DNA of 64,000 nucleotides from Gracilinanus agilis (Eukaryota), in NCBI RefSeq assembly GCF_016433145.1, contig NC_058134.1:283927920-283991919 (forward strand), in the 5' to 3' direction. The notes beneath the pieces were generated by a model. That model was not told the DNA's origin. It saw nothing but the letters and a program-made list of their open reading frames with translations, and made no database searches. This document shows positions 35,171 to 49,302 of this stretch, one piece after another. The position numbers and the translations under genes were made by a program. Position 1 is the stretch's first letter. The number at the start of each line of letters is the position of its first letter.

Positions 35171-38156
35171 GGGCTGGGACATATGTGACCTGAATCCTTA
35201 GATCTTTTACTCACTGAAAGGATTCTTGGGAGATTACTGTTGGGATGAATTTGGTCTTTCAGAAGGACATCCTTCCTTTCTTGAAGCATGAAGCATGTAT
35301 AGTTAAGTCTCCAAGTAACAGGGCAGTGGTTGGGGTAGAGACTGTGAGCCGGACTGAGCTCCTTAAGGTTATGTTCAACACTGAGATTCTGTGATATTAT
35401 TTGTGGGTGTCAAGTATATGCGTGTGCTGAGTCCAGGGCTGCAGTTTGAGAGGAATCCATATGGATTAAGGTACACAGATGGGAATGACTTATGGTTATG
35501 ATACAATAATTTTTAACATACCTTAGACACTACCTGAAGTCTTGGGACCCCTCACCCTGCTATGATGGAATGTATTAAATATGGAGCCCTCATGGAGCCC
35601 TCACCTTCCTCTATAGCAAGCCATCCTGCTGGTTCTCTTTAGTGCAAGTAACTACAGTACTTCATTCTAGAACTCTCAGAGAATAAGCTCTATAAAAATT
35701 TGGTTTTACCTGAGGTAGGAAGGATTCATATCATTTTAACCAGCATTCATGAAGTGGTTACTATGTGGAAGACAATTGTGCAAGGTGTGAAGGACAGAGA
35801 GCCCAAAAGGTAGCAAATCTTCTGTTAAGGAAGTGACATTTCACTGGAGGAGATGAGTTCTTCAGGCTAGGAAAGGAGATCATTGGAAAGAAAAAGACAT
35901 TTCCCATTTTTCTCTGTTTTGGATTGAGTATTGTGAGAGTAGCAGGAAGCCTTGATACTAAAATCATGGAAGAATTTTATAAGGGAAGTTTCTTCCAAGG
36001 CTGACTGTGATTCACTTTCCAGACTTATTACTCATTTCACTTTTTCCTCATACTATGTTCCAGTTCAATGGGCTGCTCATCACAAATGACAGTCCATCTC
36101 CTGTCTATGTTTTTGCTCAGGTTGTCCTCCCATGCAGGACTGCACTTTCTCTTCATCTTTATCTTTTAGAAATTTTACCTTTCTGCTAAATTTAGTTTAA
36201 GTCACATCTCCTACACCATCTCTTTCCAGATCCTCCCAGTTGCTAATGCCTTTTTTCCTCCCTTACTAAATTAAGTTCTGTCTCTTTTGTGCACAGACAC
36301 ACAATATATCTCCCAATAGAAAGGTAATCTCCTTAATGGCAGGGATTGTGCTATGTTATGTATCTCAAGCATCTACCATGATATCTGGCATGTAGTCAGT
36401 ACTTAGTAATTATTTGCTATTTCAGGTAAAATGACCATGTGAAAGGGGCAGAGTATTCAACTCTCCCATCTTTGCTCCAGGGATTTTTTTAACAAGAGCA
36501 GCAGATCAAGTAATAACCCCAAACTCCAAAGTGGACTTTGAGGAAATTGATTCATCCAGACCTGGATTAAAGAAAAAGATGACAAGAAGCTTATAAACCT
36601 GGAAGAGGAAGCATTTCCAAAGTTTTCAGCTCAGGGAGGTCCCCCAAACTCCCTGGCCAGGAATTCTCAAGGGAAGTAGAGTGGAGCATTAGTGTGGCCA
36701 GATTTGTCCCCAAAGGGCACAGAAGAGGCAAACTCCTACTCTTGGAAGCCTCAGAGGAGGAGAAGACTATCCAGTGTTCTGATTAGGCATATTCCTCACA
36801 GAGCTTGACCTCATAGTGGGAATTCAATAAGTGGCCTGAGAATGTGATTTTTAAAAAAATTCTGTTAAAAAATAAAAAGGGGGGAACAAATGAGGAGAAA
36901 GAGGAGAGAACTTAGTCTCACATAATTAGGGGATGTGAGTTGAAGAGTGGAGGAAACATAGAGGAAGGGATGGGGCAATGGGTAACATGAACCTCGCTTT
37001 TCTCTAAAGTGGACAAAGGCAGGTTAAAACAATTCAGTCAAACATAAATATATTAAACTCAGCAGGGAAATATTGGGATAGCAGGGGAGGGGCAGTTTAG
37101 ATGAAGGGTAGGGAGAGCATAAGCAAAAAAAAATCTAGTGTCAGAGATGAATCATGCAGGGGAGATTGATATGAGGTAAGAATGAATAAGAATCTGAGCT
37201 GGGGACTGGTTAAGGGGAAGAAAAGAGGGGCAATGAAATAAGGAGGACCTTTCAATTATAAAACACCAAGTGTCAAGCAAACACCTTCTACCACCTTCTT
37301 TGTAAAGAGAGTGGGGGTGGGGCAAAGAAAAGAAAAAAAAGAATAAGAGAGGATGGAGGGAAATATGCCATTGATGGTTATAACCACCAATATGAATGGG
37401 ATGAAATTAGCCCCAAACAGCAGAAAATAACAGCAAAATTTAGAAAGCAGAGTCCAACAATTTTTCTGACAAGAAACACACAAATTTAATATTATAAATA
37501 TAATTATAAGAAGTAGGGATAGCAATCATGATTTCAGAGGAGACGATAGTAAAAATATACAGGATTAAATGAGAACAATAGGGAAAATAAATTATGTTTA
37601 AAGATAAACATAATGAATATGTTTAAAAATAATGAATCAATATCATTAATTTATGACTGGAGAGGCATCTAGATGCAGGTAGGTGAAAGAGTGGATAGAG
37701 TGCTGGACCTGGAGTCAGGAAGACTGGTGTCCAAATGTAGCCTCAGACACTAACTATGTGACTTTGGGTGAATGCTTAATGTCTGCTTGCCTCAGTTTCT
37801 TCAGTTATCAAATAGGGTTAATAATATCACTATATTCTAGGGTTGTAATAAAAGTCAAATGAGATTATGTTTGTACAGTGCTTAGTATAGTGCTGACACA
37901 TAATTGACATTTAATAAATATTATTTCCCTTCTTAAAATCTATTTAGACATACTGAATATTATGGCATAAGAATACTTATAGGTAGGTAGTTTTTATGAT
38001 AGGTAGGTAACTAATATAGTGAGTAGAATGTTGGACCTGGAGTCATGAAGAACTGAGTTCAAGTCTAATGTAAGCCATTTATTTGCTGTGTGAACCTATG
38101 CCTGTTATTTAATCTCTGTCTGCCTCAATTACCTTATTTTCTAAATAATAACAGTA

Positions 38157-39301
38157 CAGGGATACCTTGGAGATTTTCTGGTTTCATCCCAGACTATTGC
38201 AATAAAGCAAATTTTCAAAAAAAATCTACTGTGTGACCCTGGACAAGTCACTTGACCCCCATTGCCCACCCTTACCAATCTTCCACCTATGAGAAAAATA
38301 CACCGAAGTACAAGGGTTTAAAAAAAAAAACAAAAACAAAAACAAAAAACATCTACACCAGTTTCTGGTTTCCTAGTGCATATGTTTATTATGCTAATCC
38401 AGTGGTTCCCAAACTTTTTTGGCCTACCACCCCCCCTCTCCAGAAAAAATATTACTTAGCCCCCTGGAAATTAATTTTTTTTATTTTAATAGCAATTAAT
38501 AGGAAAGATAAATGCACCTGTGGCCATCACCACCCATCTGGATCACTGCAGCACCCACCAGGGGGTGGTGGCACTTTGGGAATCACTGTGTTTATCTATT
38601 AAGAGAATAATAGTATTATTTCTAAAAAAAATGACATACCTTAATTAAAAATACTTTATTGATAAAAGTTTTTACCTTCATCTGAGCCTTCATGAAGCTG
38701 TATTCTTTTTGCTGGTGGAGGGTCTTCCTTCAATGTTGATGGCTGCTGACCAGTCACATCGATGGCTGTTGAAGGCCGGAGTGGCAGGGTAATTTCTTAA
38801 AATAAGGTAACAATGAAGTTTGCTGCATTGATTGGGGCTTCCCTTCATTTGAACATGTGGCGACCATTGTAAGATTATTAATTCATGTTATTTTGATATT
38901 GTTTTGTCTCAGGGAATGAAGAGGCCAGAGGAGAGGTAGAGAAACTGGGAATGGTTCTTCAGTAGAACAATCAGAACACAATATTGTTTTGTCCATACAC
39001 TTATCAGTTAACTTCATTATCGTATACGGGCATCATTCATAGTACTCTGAACAACTACAAAAGTAACACCAAAGATCACTGATCACATATAAAAATAATA
39101 GATAACATAATAATGAGAAAGTTTGAAGTATTGTGAAAATTCCCAAAATGTGACAGAGAGACAGGATTCTAGCACACGCCATTGGAAAAATGTTGCAAAT
39201 AAACATGCTTGATTCAGGGTTACCACAAACCTTCAATTTATAAAAAATTCAGTACCTGCCAAGTGTAGTAAAGTGAAGCCCAATAAGATGAGGCATGCCT
39301 G
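38157..39301 (-). mobile_element. Tigger1a-like element, paralog of 26880
   Basis: TA-flanked CAGG...CCTG ends; lacks the L1 but carries a SINE fragment (38230-38350) and a MITE. Confidence 0.88.
38400..38588. mobile_element. hAT MITE, family A
   Basis: Same TIRs and body as 11121 and 48027; degenerate TSD TGCTAATC/TGTTTATC. Confidence 0.9.
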
Positions 39302-40222
39302 TACATACCTCCCAAGGTGGTTGTTTTGATAAAACAAGGTAATATTTTTAAAGGGTTTTTTGAAGTTTAAGGAGCTATAGAAATGTTTCTCCTCCACCTC
39401 CTTCTTTTATTATAGTGGGAAATCTCATTGTACCCTTTTATGCCTAGAGAAATCAAACCAAAACATAAATGAGAAGAAGATTGAATAGAATCTTAAAAAT
39501 TAAATATGAAAAATCATGATTTCTGGATTTGAATAGAAAGGTTTCTCCCTCTGGGAAATTGGTGACATAAAAGGCTAGAGTGGTGGTCCTGGAATCATGA
39601 AGTCTTCAGTTCAAATCCTACCTAAACCATTAACTGGCTGTGTGGCCTGGATGAAATCACTTCATCTCTCAGTATCAGTTGCCTGACCTCCAATGTGGGA
39701 AAATAAAAATAGTACTTTACATGATTATTATGAAGATTAAATGAAATAATACTCGAAAAATACTTTACAAAATGTAAATGCTATTTCATGTTTTTCAGCT
39801 TTACATGATACCTTTACAAAAGTTGACAGAATATTAGTGTGCTAAAAATCTTACAAACACATTCAGAAAGGCAGAAATAGTAAGCACATCCTCTACCGAA
39901 GAACATGCAGTAAAAGTATTTTCAATGAAGGTTAGTTCAGTGAAAGGATGAAAGATCAATTAGAGACCAAGTGAAATTCAAAGAATCCACAGATTGAAGA
40001 ACAGATCATAGAAGAAGAGGTACAATTTTATCAAAGAAAATTGATATCTGTTAAAACTAATGAATTTTTTTATGTCAGTAATAATACTTGCACTGCTTGA
40101 CTCAAGAGTTTTTGTGAGAAAGGTGCTTTGTTAACTTTAAAATGACATAGGTAGCCTTCTCTATAACTATATATTCCCACCCACTTACACAGACAGACAG
40201 ACACATACCTACATATCTCATC

Positions 40223-40258
<36 letters not shown>

Positions 40259-40442
40259 GGTTTGGAGTAGGGGGAGGATTGATCATAGAATCCTTGATTA
40301 ATCAAGCCTCCCTAAACTACTTGAAGAAATTTCAGAATGTAGGGAACAGATAACCAAGACAATGAAGTGTTAAAATATGACTCTTTCAGATTTTGAGGGA
40401 TTGTATTCATTGTTTGAATGGTTCATACTCAGAGTGACTTAA

Positions 40443-40535
40443 ACACACAGTTAGGAAGTATCTGAGGTCAAATTTGAACCCAGAGCCACCTGACTCCAGA
40501 CCTGGCAATATATCTACTATAGTACCTAGCTGCCC
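40443..40535 (-). mobile_element. SINE fragment at a junction where about 600 bp of the unit is missing
   Basis: CORE-SINE head on the minus strand; flanks map to about 31870 and 32460. Confidence 0.7.
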
Positions 40536-40760
40536 TCTCCTCCACATGCTTAAGAATAAAATAGGGTTGTGGTTCTTTCTTCCTTAGCTTCAAGATTGGA
40601 AGACTTTCTTGTCAGTAAAATTCCTCCTGCTTTTGTCTGGGTGAATGTTTAGTGTATAAGGTCTGAAGGGAGGAAAACTAGGGAATTTCCTTCCTAAGCA
40701 GAAGGCATGTACCTTGAGTCCAAAGTTCTTTACCATCCTGCAAGGACATCTACCCTAGAC

Positions 40761-40938
40761 CAGTGATGGGCAAACTTTTTAAAGAGAGGGCCAAAGGAAA
40801 GGAAATGCTCATCTGTCGGTCTGTTTCTAAGGCAATTCTTTCGAAGTTTCATTGTATTGTATCCTACTCATTGTATTGTTAGATTAGGAATAATGTCTCG
40901 CAGCTGGAGAGAACATTTCAGGGGGCCGCATCTGGCCC
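40761..40938. mobile_element. hAT MITE, family B; right TIR deleted
   Basis: CAGTGATGGGCAAACT start preceded by CCCTAGAC; ends at GGCCGCATCTGGCCC. Confidence 0.8.
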
Positions 40939-42281
40939 AAGGCTCACTGGGTAACATTGAGCATAGATTTGCTTCTTTCTGGACCTTCATTTCTCCACAG
41001 TCTTGATATACTCCCTCCACACTCTAATCACTTTGGTAGAGTTGGGTGACAGGAAAGAAACTGAGTTGTCTCCTGATCCAGGTCTCTGTAACTACACTGC
41101 AGGGAGGTCAGGGAATAGAAGGAACTGGATAGTTAGCACTGCCCATTTCTCCTTAGTTAAGTCAGGCCCAGGGGACAAAGCTTCCTGTCTTATTCACCTT
41201 TTTTTTCCTGTAGATTACAGCCTGATCTCCCTTTCTCTGGGGATCCAGTTCCCCATGAGCTTTGGTTGAGGGATAATAAATCAGACAACCACAAGGGAAT
41301 GGCTTCTAGCAGCAGTTATCTCTAATAGGGGCTCTGGGAGGGACACCCATGAGTGACGGGGATGAAATGAAGGTTAAAGTTTCCCCCATCCTTTCTCTTT
41401 TTCTTCTGTGTTACACTCTGTCTTCCTCAGTGGCTTTCTGTATCTTTGCTCTCATCACTCTCACTCTGTCCTCTCTTTTCCTCTCCTCTCCTCTCTTCTA
41501 TTTTCTCTTTGCCTATTTTNNNNNNNNNNNNNNNNNNNNNNNNNNNNNNNNNNNNNNNNNNNNNNNNNNNNNNNNNNNNNNNNNNNNNNNNNNNNNNNNN
41601 NNNNNNNNNNNNNNNNNNNNNNNNNNNNNNNNNNNNNNNNNNNNNNNNNNNNNNNNNNNNNNNNNNNNNNNNNNNNNNNNNNNNNNNNNNNNNNNNNNNN
41701 NNNNNNNNNNNNNNNNNNNNNNNNNNNNNNNNNNNNNNNNNNNNNNNNNNNNNNNNNNNNNNNNNNNNNNNNNNNNNNNNNNNNNNNNNNNNNNNNNNNN
41801 NNNNNCCTCTCCAATATTTCTCATCTTCTCTTTTTTCTTATCTCATCTCATCTCCTCTTCTCTCTTTCTTTCTACCTTCTTCTATTTTATATGTTTTTTT
41901 CTCCCCTCACTCTATTTTTCTATATTTGCCTATATCTGTTCAAATTTTCATTTGCTTTTAATATTGGAAGCCTGAGGTTTCTATCTCTAGAACCCAGGGC
42001 TCAGTGAGGTGGAAGAGATTACATTGATGTTATATACAGCAACATGCTTCTAGGCTAGATCCCATTTTACTACTGATAAGTTAAACAAAATTATGTTATA
42101 GTTTTCACAGAAAGGACATTCTAATACCTGACTGCTTTTCCTTCACAATCATCTCCATCACTGGGAAATTCTGCTCTAACTGGATCTTTCTTACTGCAGC
42201 AGTTTGTCTATTTTTTTTCCTCTTTATTGTGACTATTAACAACTCTCCCGTGATTCTGTCAGCAGATTGAGATCTAGGGCC

Positions 42282-43213
42282 ATGGATGATGATGATAATG
42301 GGACAGCAGTGATTGAATTTATTTTGCTGGGATTCTCAGGCTTGGGGACTTACCAGGTCCCCCTATTTTGGGGAGTACTCTTTGTCTACCTGGTCACCCT
42401 GTTGGGCAATTCCCTGATCATCACCCTGCTTGACTCAGCCCTGAGCACTCCCATGTACTTCTTCCTCAGACATCTCTCTTTGATAGAGATTCTCTACACT
42501 ACAACTATTGTGCCAAGGATGCTGAATGATCTTCTCTCTTCACATCCTGTCATCTATCTCTTCTGCTAGTTGCTTCACCCAGATGTATTTCTTTGCCCTC
42601 TTTGGCATTGCTGAATGCTGTCTGCTCACTGCCATGGCTTATGATCATTTTGCTGCCATTTGCCGGCCCCTGCATTATGCCACACTGATGAACAGGCAGG
42701 TATGTGTGGGTATGGTAGGTGCTTCCTATCTACTGGGCATCACCTCGGGTACCACTGATGCCATATTCATCTTTACTTTGCATTTCCATGGCTCCAATAT
42801 TGTTTACAGCTTTTTCTGCGATGATTTACCTGTTTTGAGGCTGGCCAGTGGAGACACTTTCCAGGGTGAGGTTGGGAATTTTGTTGTCACCCTTCTCTTT
42901 ATCATAACTCCCTTTGTACTGATTGTGTTTTCCTATGTCCGTATCCTGATTACCATCCTTGGATTAGCCTCTGCTCAAGGACGCCAAAAATTTTTTTCTA
43001 CTTGCTCTTCTCACCTACTTGTTGTTACCCTCTTCTATGGGACTGCTACTATTGCCTATATAAAACCTGGAGCCAATATCATTCAGAACATGGATCAAAT
43101 CCTCTCCCTTTTCTACACTGTTGTAACCCCTATGTTTAACCCTTTTATCTATACCCTGAGGAATAAGGAGGTGATGGGAGCCCTGAAGCGTACAGTTAAC
43201 AAAACATCTTTGA
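42282..43213 (+). pseudogene. OR10P-like pseudogene (gene 3)
   Basis: ATG at 42282. ATCT tandem duplication at 42552-42559 shifts the frame (stop at 42567-42569). Also an in-frame 6-bp deletion in TM1 (IIT--LLD), DRF to DHF, and a 1-bp insertion near 43195 that skips the native TGA at 43211-43213. Confidence 0.93.
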
Positions 43214-44226
43214 AGTCCCTGACTGGTCCAGTGGTTTGCTTGGCTTCCCTTCTGATAAGTTGAAAGGGAAAATTTATATTTTTCAAGTAGCAGAAATTTA
43301 TTTTTTCTTCCACCCCTGCCACCCTTTTAGCTCTCAAAGAAAAATAAAACCCTTTTAACAAATATTTCTGGTCAAGAAAAAGAAGTTCTCATATTGATTT
43401 TGTCCAAAAATGCAACTTAATCTGCATGTTTAGGGTTCTTCATCATTAAGAGTTAATCTTTGTAAAAGAAGGGGGGGGGTAGAGTGCAATATGGGGCCTG
43501 AAAGTCTACATCTTTTGCACATTGGGTATAATCTTGATCTTGCTAGCCTCAAAAGGGGGAGAAATCCACCCAGTATCTGGATTAAGGACAGCCACCCAAA
43601 GAACTTTGACTTCATATTGGGAATTAAAAAAGAAGTGGCTTGGGAACATGATGTAAAAAAACATGGTCTTAAGAAAAAGGGCAACATTTTAGGAAATAAA
43701 TCAGGAGAAGGAAAAGGCCCTTAGTATCTTGAATAATCAGGTAATGTGAGTTGAAGAGTATACTCATGGTTGTATAAACGTAGGGATGAGGCAACCTCAC
43801 TTTCATCTGAACAAAGGAGGGTTTTACAGAGTTACACTCACACAAAGAGTTGTGCAGAAATACATTAAACTGGACAGAGAAATATCTGGAGAGCAGGGAA
43901 TGGGTGGAGTATAGAGGGGAGAGGAGGGAACAAAATCTAGCATCAGAGATGGATCATGATGAAGGGATTAAGAGCAATGAAAGAATAAGAACTTGAGATG
44001 AGGACTAGAGAAGGAGAAGAGAAGAGAAGCAATGGAGCCAGGTCATTTAGTTATAGGTCACTAAATTTTAAGCAAACCACTCTTTTACCACTTTCTTTGC
44101 AAAAAACAGAGGGAGGGAAAATGAAAAGAAAAAAAGGATAAGAGGATAGGGTGGATGGAAATATGCAATTGATGATAATAACTAGAAATACTAGATGGGA
44201 TGATATCACTCACAAAATGGCAGAAG

Positions 44227-44435
44227 AGGGCGCAGCTAGGTGGCTTAGTGGATTGAGAACCAGGCCCAGAAATGGGAGGTACTGGGTTCAAATCTGACCT
44301 CATACACTTCCTAGCTGTGTAACCTGGGGCAAGTCACTTAATCCCCAATGCCTAGCCCTTACAACTCTTCTGCCTTGGAACCAATATACAATATTGATTC
44401 TAAGACAGAAGGTTAGGGTTTAAAAAATATTTTAA
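44227..44435 (+). mobile_element. Full-length marsupial CORE-SINE
   Basis: TSD AAAATGGCAGA (44214-44224, 44436-44446); empty site at about 63395. Confidence 0.92.
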
Positions 44436-47400
44436 AAAATGGCAGAGGATAACAGCATAGTTTAACAAGTTGTTTATAAGAAACACACAGACTCACATAT
44501 AAGCATAAAATAATGTACTAGGGGAAAATTTCATTCTATTTCAGGTGATATTTAAAAAAGTAGGGATTGCAATCATGATTCCAGAGGAGACAATAGTAAA
44601 AACAGTAAAAATAGGCATTATGCTCAAAGTTATTATGGATAATTAATCGATATCAATATTTATATCTGAAGAGACAGCCAGAAGCAGGTTAAATGGTATG
44701 GCAGATAGAGTGTTGAGTCTGGGGTCAGGAAGACTCAATTCAAATATGACCTTAGATAGCTACTTGCCATGTGACCCTGGGAGAGTTGTTTTAGTGTCTG
44801 CTTGTCTTAGTTTCCTCATTTATAAAATAGGGAATATAATTTAAGGGTTGTTATCTTATGGTAAAAATTTTTAAAGCCTATACCTATTACAGTTATGAGA
44901 GTAAAATGAGATGATATTTGTAAAGTGCCTGCACAGTGCTTGATACATAATTGGTACTTAAAAATGCTTATCTTCTTCTTTAATATCTATCTAGCTACCC
45001 TGAATAATGTGGCATCTGAATACTTAAAGATAGGTATTATTGTAGGTAGCTAGGTGGTACAGTGGGTAGAGTGTTGGAATTGGAGTTAGGAAGAACTAAG
45101 TTCAAATCAAGCCTTAGACATTTATTTGCTATGTGAACCTCTGCTGGACACGTAGTCTCTATCTGCCTTAAATTCTTAATTTTAGACATAGGAATATAAT
45201 GGTAACCCAAGGTAGTTATGATGAAAAAACAAAATAATACTTGTAAAATTCTTTTCAAACTTTAAAGGGCTACCAAAATGCTAGTGATATTTATTTCAAG
45301 GAGAGATAAATGGTAAAGCTATAACAGTGGGAAATCTCAGTGTATCCTTTTTTACCTAGAGCAGTCTAAACAAAACATAAATGTAACAAAGTTAAAGATC
45401 TGAACAAAATTATAGAAAAGTTAGATATGAAAGATCTCCTTTTTCCTTTCTTTTCCTTCTTTTTTAAAATTTAGAATATTTTTCCATGGTTACATGATTC
45501 ATGATCTCTGTCCCCTCTTTCCTCTCCCCTCCCAAAGGCGACAAGCAGTTCCACTGGGCTATATGTGTATCATTGTTCAAAACCTATTTCCGTGTTATTC
45601 ATATCTACAGTAGCATGATCCTTTAACATTAAAACCTCAGTTATATCCCTATCACACTACTTGATTGATCATATATTTTTCTAATGCATTTCTGTTCCCA
45701 CAGTCTTTCTCTGGATATGGATAGCATTCTTTCTCATAGGTTCCTCTGGATTGTCCTGGGTCATTGCACTGCTGCTAGTAGAAAAGTCTATTACATTTGA
45801 TTGTGCCATAATGTATCAGGCTCTGTGTACAATGTTCTCCTGGTTCTGCTCCTTTTGCTCTGCATCAATTCCTGGACGTCATTCCAGTTCACATGGAATT
45901 CCTCCAGTTCTTTATTCCTTTGAGCATAATAATATTCCATAACCAACAGATAGCACAATTTATTGAGCCATTCCCCAACTGATGGACACTCCCATACTTT
46001 CCAATTTTTTGCTACCACAAAGAGTGCAGCTATGAATATTTTTGTACAAGTCTTTTTCATTATTACCTCTTTGGGATACAAACCAGCAGTGGTATGACTG
46101 GGTCAAAGGGTAGGCAATCTTTTAAAGCCCTTTAAGCATAGTTCCAATTTGCCCTCCAGAATGGTTGGACCAATTCACAACTCCACCAGCAGTGTATTAG
46201 TGTCCCAGTTTTGCCACATCCCCTCCAACATTTATCACTTTATTTTGCTGCTATATATTGGCCAGTCGGCTAGGTGTGAGGTGGTACCTCAGAGTTGTTT
46301 TAATTTGCATTTCTCTAATAAGGAGGGATTTAGAATTAGATTTCTCATATGCCTATTGATAGTTTTGGTTTCATCATGTGAAAATTGCCTATTCATGTCC
46401 CTCAACCATTTGTTGATTGGGGAATAGCTTGATTTTTTTTTTTTTTGTAAATTTGACTAAGTTCCTTATATATTTGGGAAATTAAACCTTTGTCAGAGAA
46501 TTTTGTTATAAAAATGTTCTCCCAGCTTGTTGCTTTCCCTTCTAATTTTGGTCGAATTGGTTTTGTTTGTACAAAACCTTTTTAATTTCATATAATCAAA
46601 GTAATTCATTTTACATTTTGCAATATTCTCTATCTTTTGCTTCGTCTTAAATTCCTTTCTTTACCACAGATCTGACAGGCATACTATTCTATGTTCTCTT
46701 AATTTATTTATGATTTCACTCTTTATATTTAATTCATTTACCCATTTTGAATTAATCTTGGTATAGGGTGTAAGATGTTGATCTAAACCCAATTTTTCTC
46801 ATACTGTTTCCCAATTTTTCTCAGCAGTTCTTGTCAAATAGTGAATTCTTGTCCCAAAGGCTGGGGTCTTTGGGTTTATTGATCACTAGCTTGTTGAGGT
46901 CATTTACCCCTAGTCTACTCCACTAATCCACCCTTCTGTCTCTAAGCCAGTACCATACTGTTTTGCAGACCACTGCTTTATAGTACAATTTAAGATTTGG
47001 TACTGGTAGGCCCCCATCCTTCACATTTTTTCCATTATTTCCCTTGAAATTTTTGATCTTTTGTTCTTTCAGATGAAATTTGCTATAATTTTTTCTAATT
47101 CTATAAAAAGGTTTTTTTGGTTGTTTGATAGATATGGCACTGAATAAGTAGATTAATTTTGGTAGGATTGTCATTTTTATTATATTAGTTCATCCTACTC
47201 AGATGCAATTAATGGTTTTCCACTTGTTTAGATCTAGTTTTAATTGTGTGAAAAGTGTTTTGTAGTTGTGTTCATATAATTCCTGTGTTTGTCTTGTCAG
47301 ATAGATTCCTAAATATTTTATGTTGTCTAGAGTGACTTAAAATGGAGTTTCTCTTTCTAACTCCTACTGCTGAGTGTTGTTGGAAATATATAGAAATGCT

Positions 47401-48026
47401 GATGATTTATATGGGTTTATCTTGTACCCTGCAACTTTGCTAAAGTTGTTAATTATTTCCGCTAATCTTTTAGTTGATTTTCTGGAGTTCTTTAAGTAAG
47501 CCATCATATCATCTGCAAAGAGTGATAGTTTAGTTTCCTCATTGCTTACTTTAATCCCTTCAATTTCTTTTTCTTCTTTAGTTGCTGTTGCTAGTGTTTC
47601 TAGAACAATATTAAATACTAGAGGTGATAATGGGCATCCTTGCTTCACTCCTAATCTTATTGGGAAGGCTTCTAACTTGTCCCCATTGCAGATGATACTT
47701 TCTGATGGTTTTAAATATATACTGCTTATTATTTTGAGGAATGGCCCTTCTATTCCTATACTTTCTAGTTTCAACAGGAATGGGTGTTTTATGTTGTCAA
47801 AGGCTTTTCCTGCAGCTATTGAGATAATCATGTGATTTCTATTGGTTGATTGTTGATATAGTCAATTATATGGATGGTTTTCCTAATTTTAAACCATCCT
47901 TGCATTCCTGGTATAAATCCCACCTGATCATAGTGAATAATCTTCATGATCACTTGCTGGAGTCTTTTTGCTAGTATTCTATTTAATATTTTTGCATCTA
48001 TGTTCATTAAGGAGATTGGTCTATAG

Positions 48027-48218
48027 CAGTGATTCCCAAAGTGGGCACTACTGCCCCCTGGTGGGTGCTGCAGCGATCCAGTGGGGCAGTGATGGCCACA
48101 GGTGCATTTATCTTTCCTATTAATTGCTATTAAAATTAAAAAAAATAATTCCCAGGGGGCTAAGTAATATTTTTTTCTGGAAAGGGGGAAGTAGGCCAAA
48201 AAAGTTTGGGAATCACTG
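48027..48218. mobile_element. hAT MITE, family A, nested in the L1
   Basis: Perfect 8-bp TSD GTCTATAG (48019-48026, 48219-48226). Confidence 0.95.
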
Positions 48219-48720
48219 GTCTATAGTTTTCTTTCTCAATTTTTGGTCTGCCTGGCTTTGGAATCAATAGCATATTTGTTTCATAAAAGGAATTTGCTAA
48301 AAGTCCTTCTTTACTTATTTTGTCAAATGATTTGTATAATATTGGGATTAGCTATTCTTTAAATATTTGATAAAATTCACTTGTGAATCCAGCCGGCCCT
48401 GAGAATTTTTTCTTAGAAGGTCCTTGATGGCTTGTTCAATTTCTTTTTCTAATATGGGATTATTTAATTATTCTATTTAGTTTTTTGTTAATTTAGACAA
48501 TTAATTTTTTTGTAAATATTTGTCCATTTCACCTAGATTGCCAAATTTATTGACATATAATTGAGCAAAGTAGTTCTTAATAATTATTTTAATTTCTTCT
48601 TCACTAGAGATGAGATCATGCTTTTCATATTTGATACTGATAATTTGATTCTCTTCTTTCTTTTTTAATTAGATTAACTAGTTTCTATTTTATTTGTTTT
48701 TTCAAACTGCAGCTCAAAGT

Positions 48721-49285
48721 TGTTAAAATCATTAATCTGGGACAAGTTGGATGCCACCTTGACTGACAGGGATGGCAGTTGAGAGATTCGGAATGTTCTC
48801 TGGTGCCATGAGCCAGGGGCAAATGTTGGTTGGCCCCCACCCTATAAATACCCCCTAAGAACTACAGTTGAGAAGTCTTAGAATTCAGAGCTGGGACTTG
48901 AGCAAACATTTTTGGATCAGGAGCTGGGCAGAGGGAGGTGAGGGGTGGTTGAAGGGTGGAAGAAAGGGTAGGCCTGAACCTAAACTTATATCCTGTGCTT
49001 GACTGAGAGAGCTAGTGAGCCTCAGTATCATTGGTAGTAGATCTGAGAGAATGTACAGATCATCAATCTATATCAACATCAATAGCCTTTCCTATTTTCT
49101 GGCTTACCTGTGGCCAGGTCAGGTCAGAGATAGCGAGAGGTGAAGACCTCAAGCTTCTACCAGCCAGGAGTCTCCAGTCCTGATCATTGATTGGCTTAGT
49201 AGCCAAATATAGCAATAGGGTTTCCAATTCCCAAACCTAAACTTGTTATCCTTTCCCCACCAATAGATAATACAGGGATTTAACA
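48721..49285 (+). mobile_element. Solo LTR nested in the L1
   Basis: TGTTAAA...TTTAACA ends, TATAAATA near 48843; TSD unclear (CAAAGT/GAAAGT). Confidence 0.75.
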
Positions 49286-49302
49286 GAAAGTACCTCCCTG
49301 AG

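Noticed and set aside
47828-48199. Chimeric ORF joining MITE-derived residues to L1 RT sequence ([11 protein letters not shown])
   Set aside because: Chance read-through from a hAT MITE inserted in a dead L1; the same MITE peptide appears at 38252-38602.
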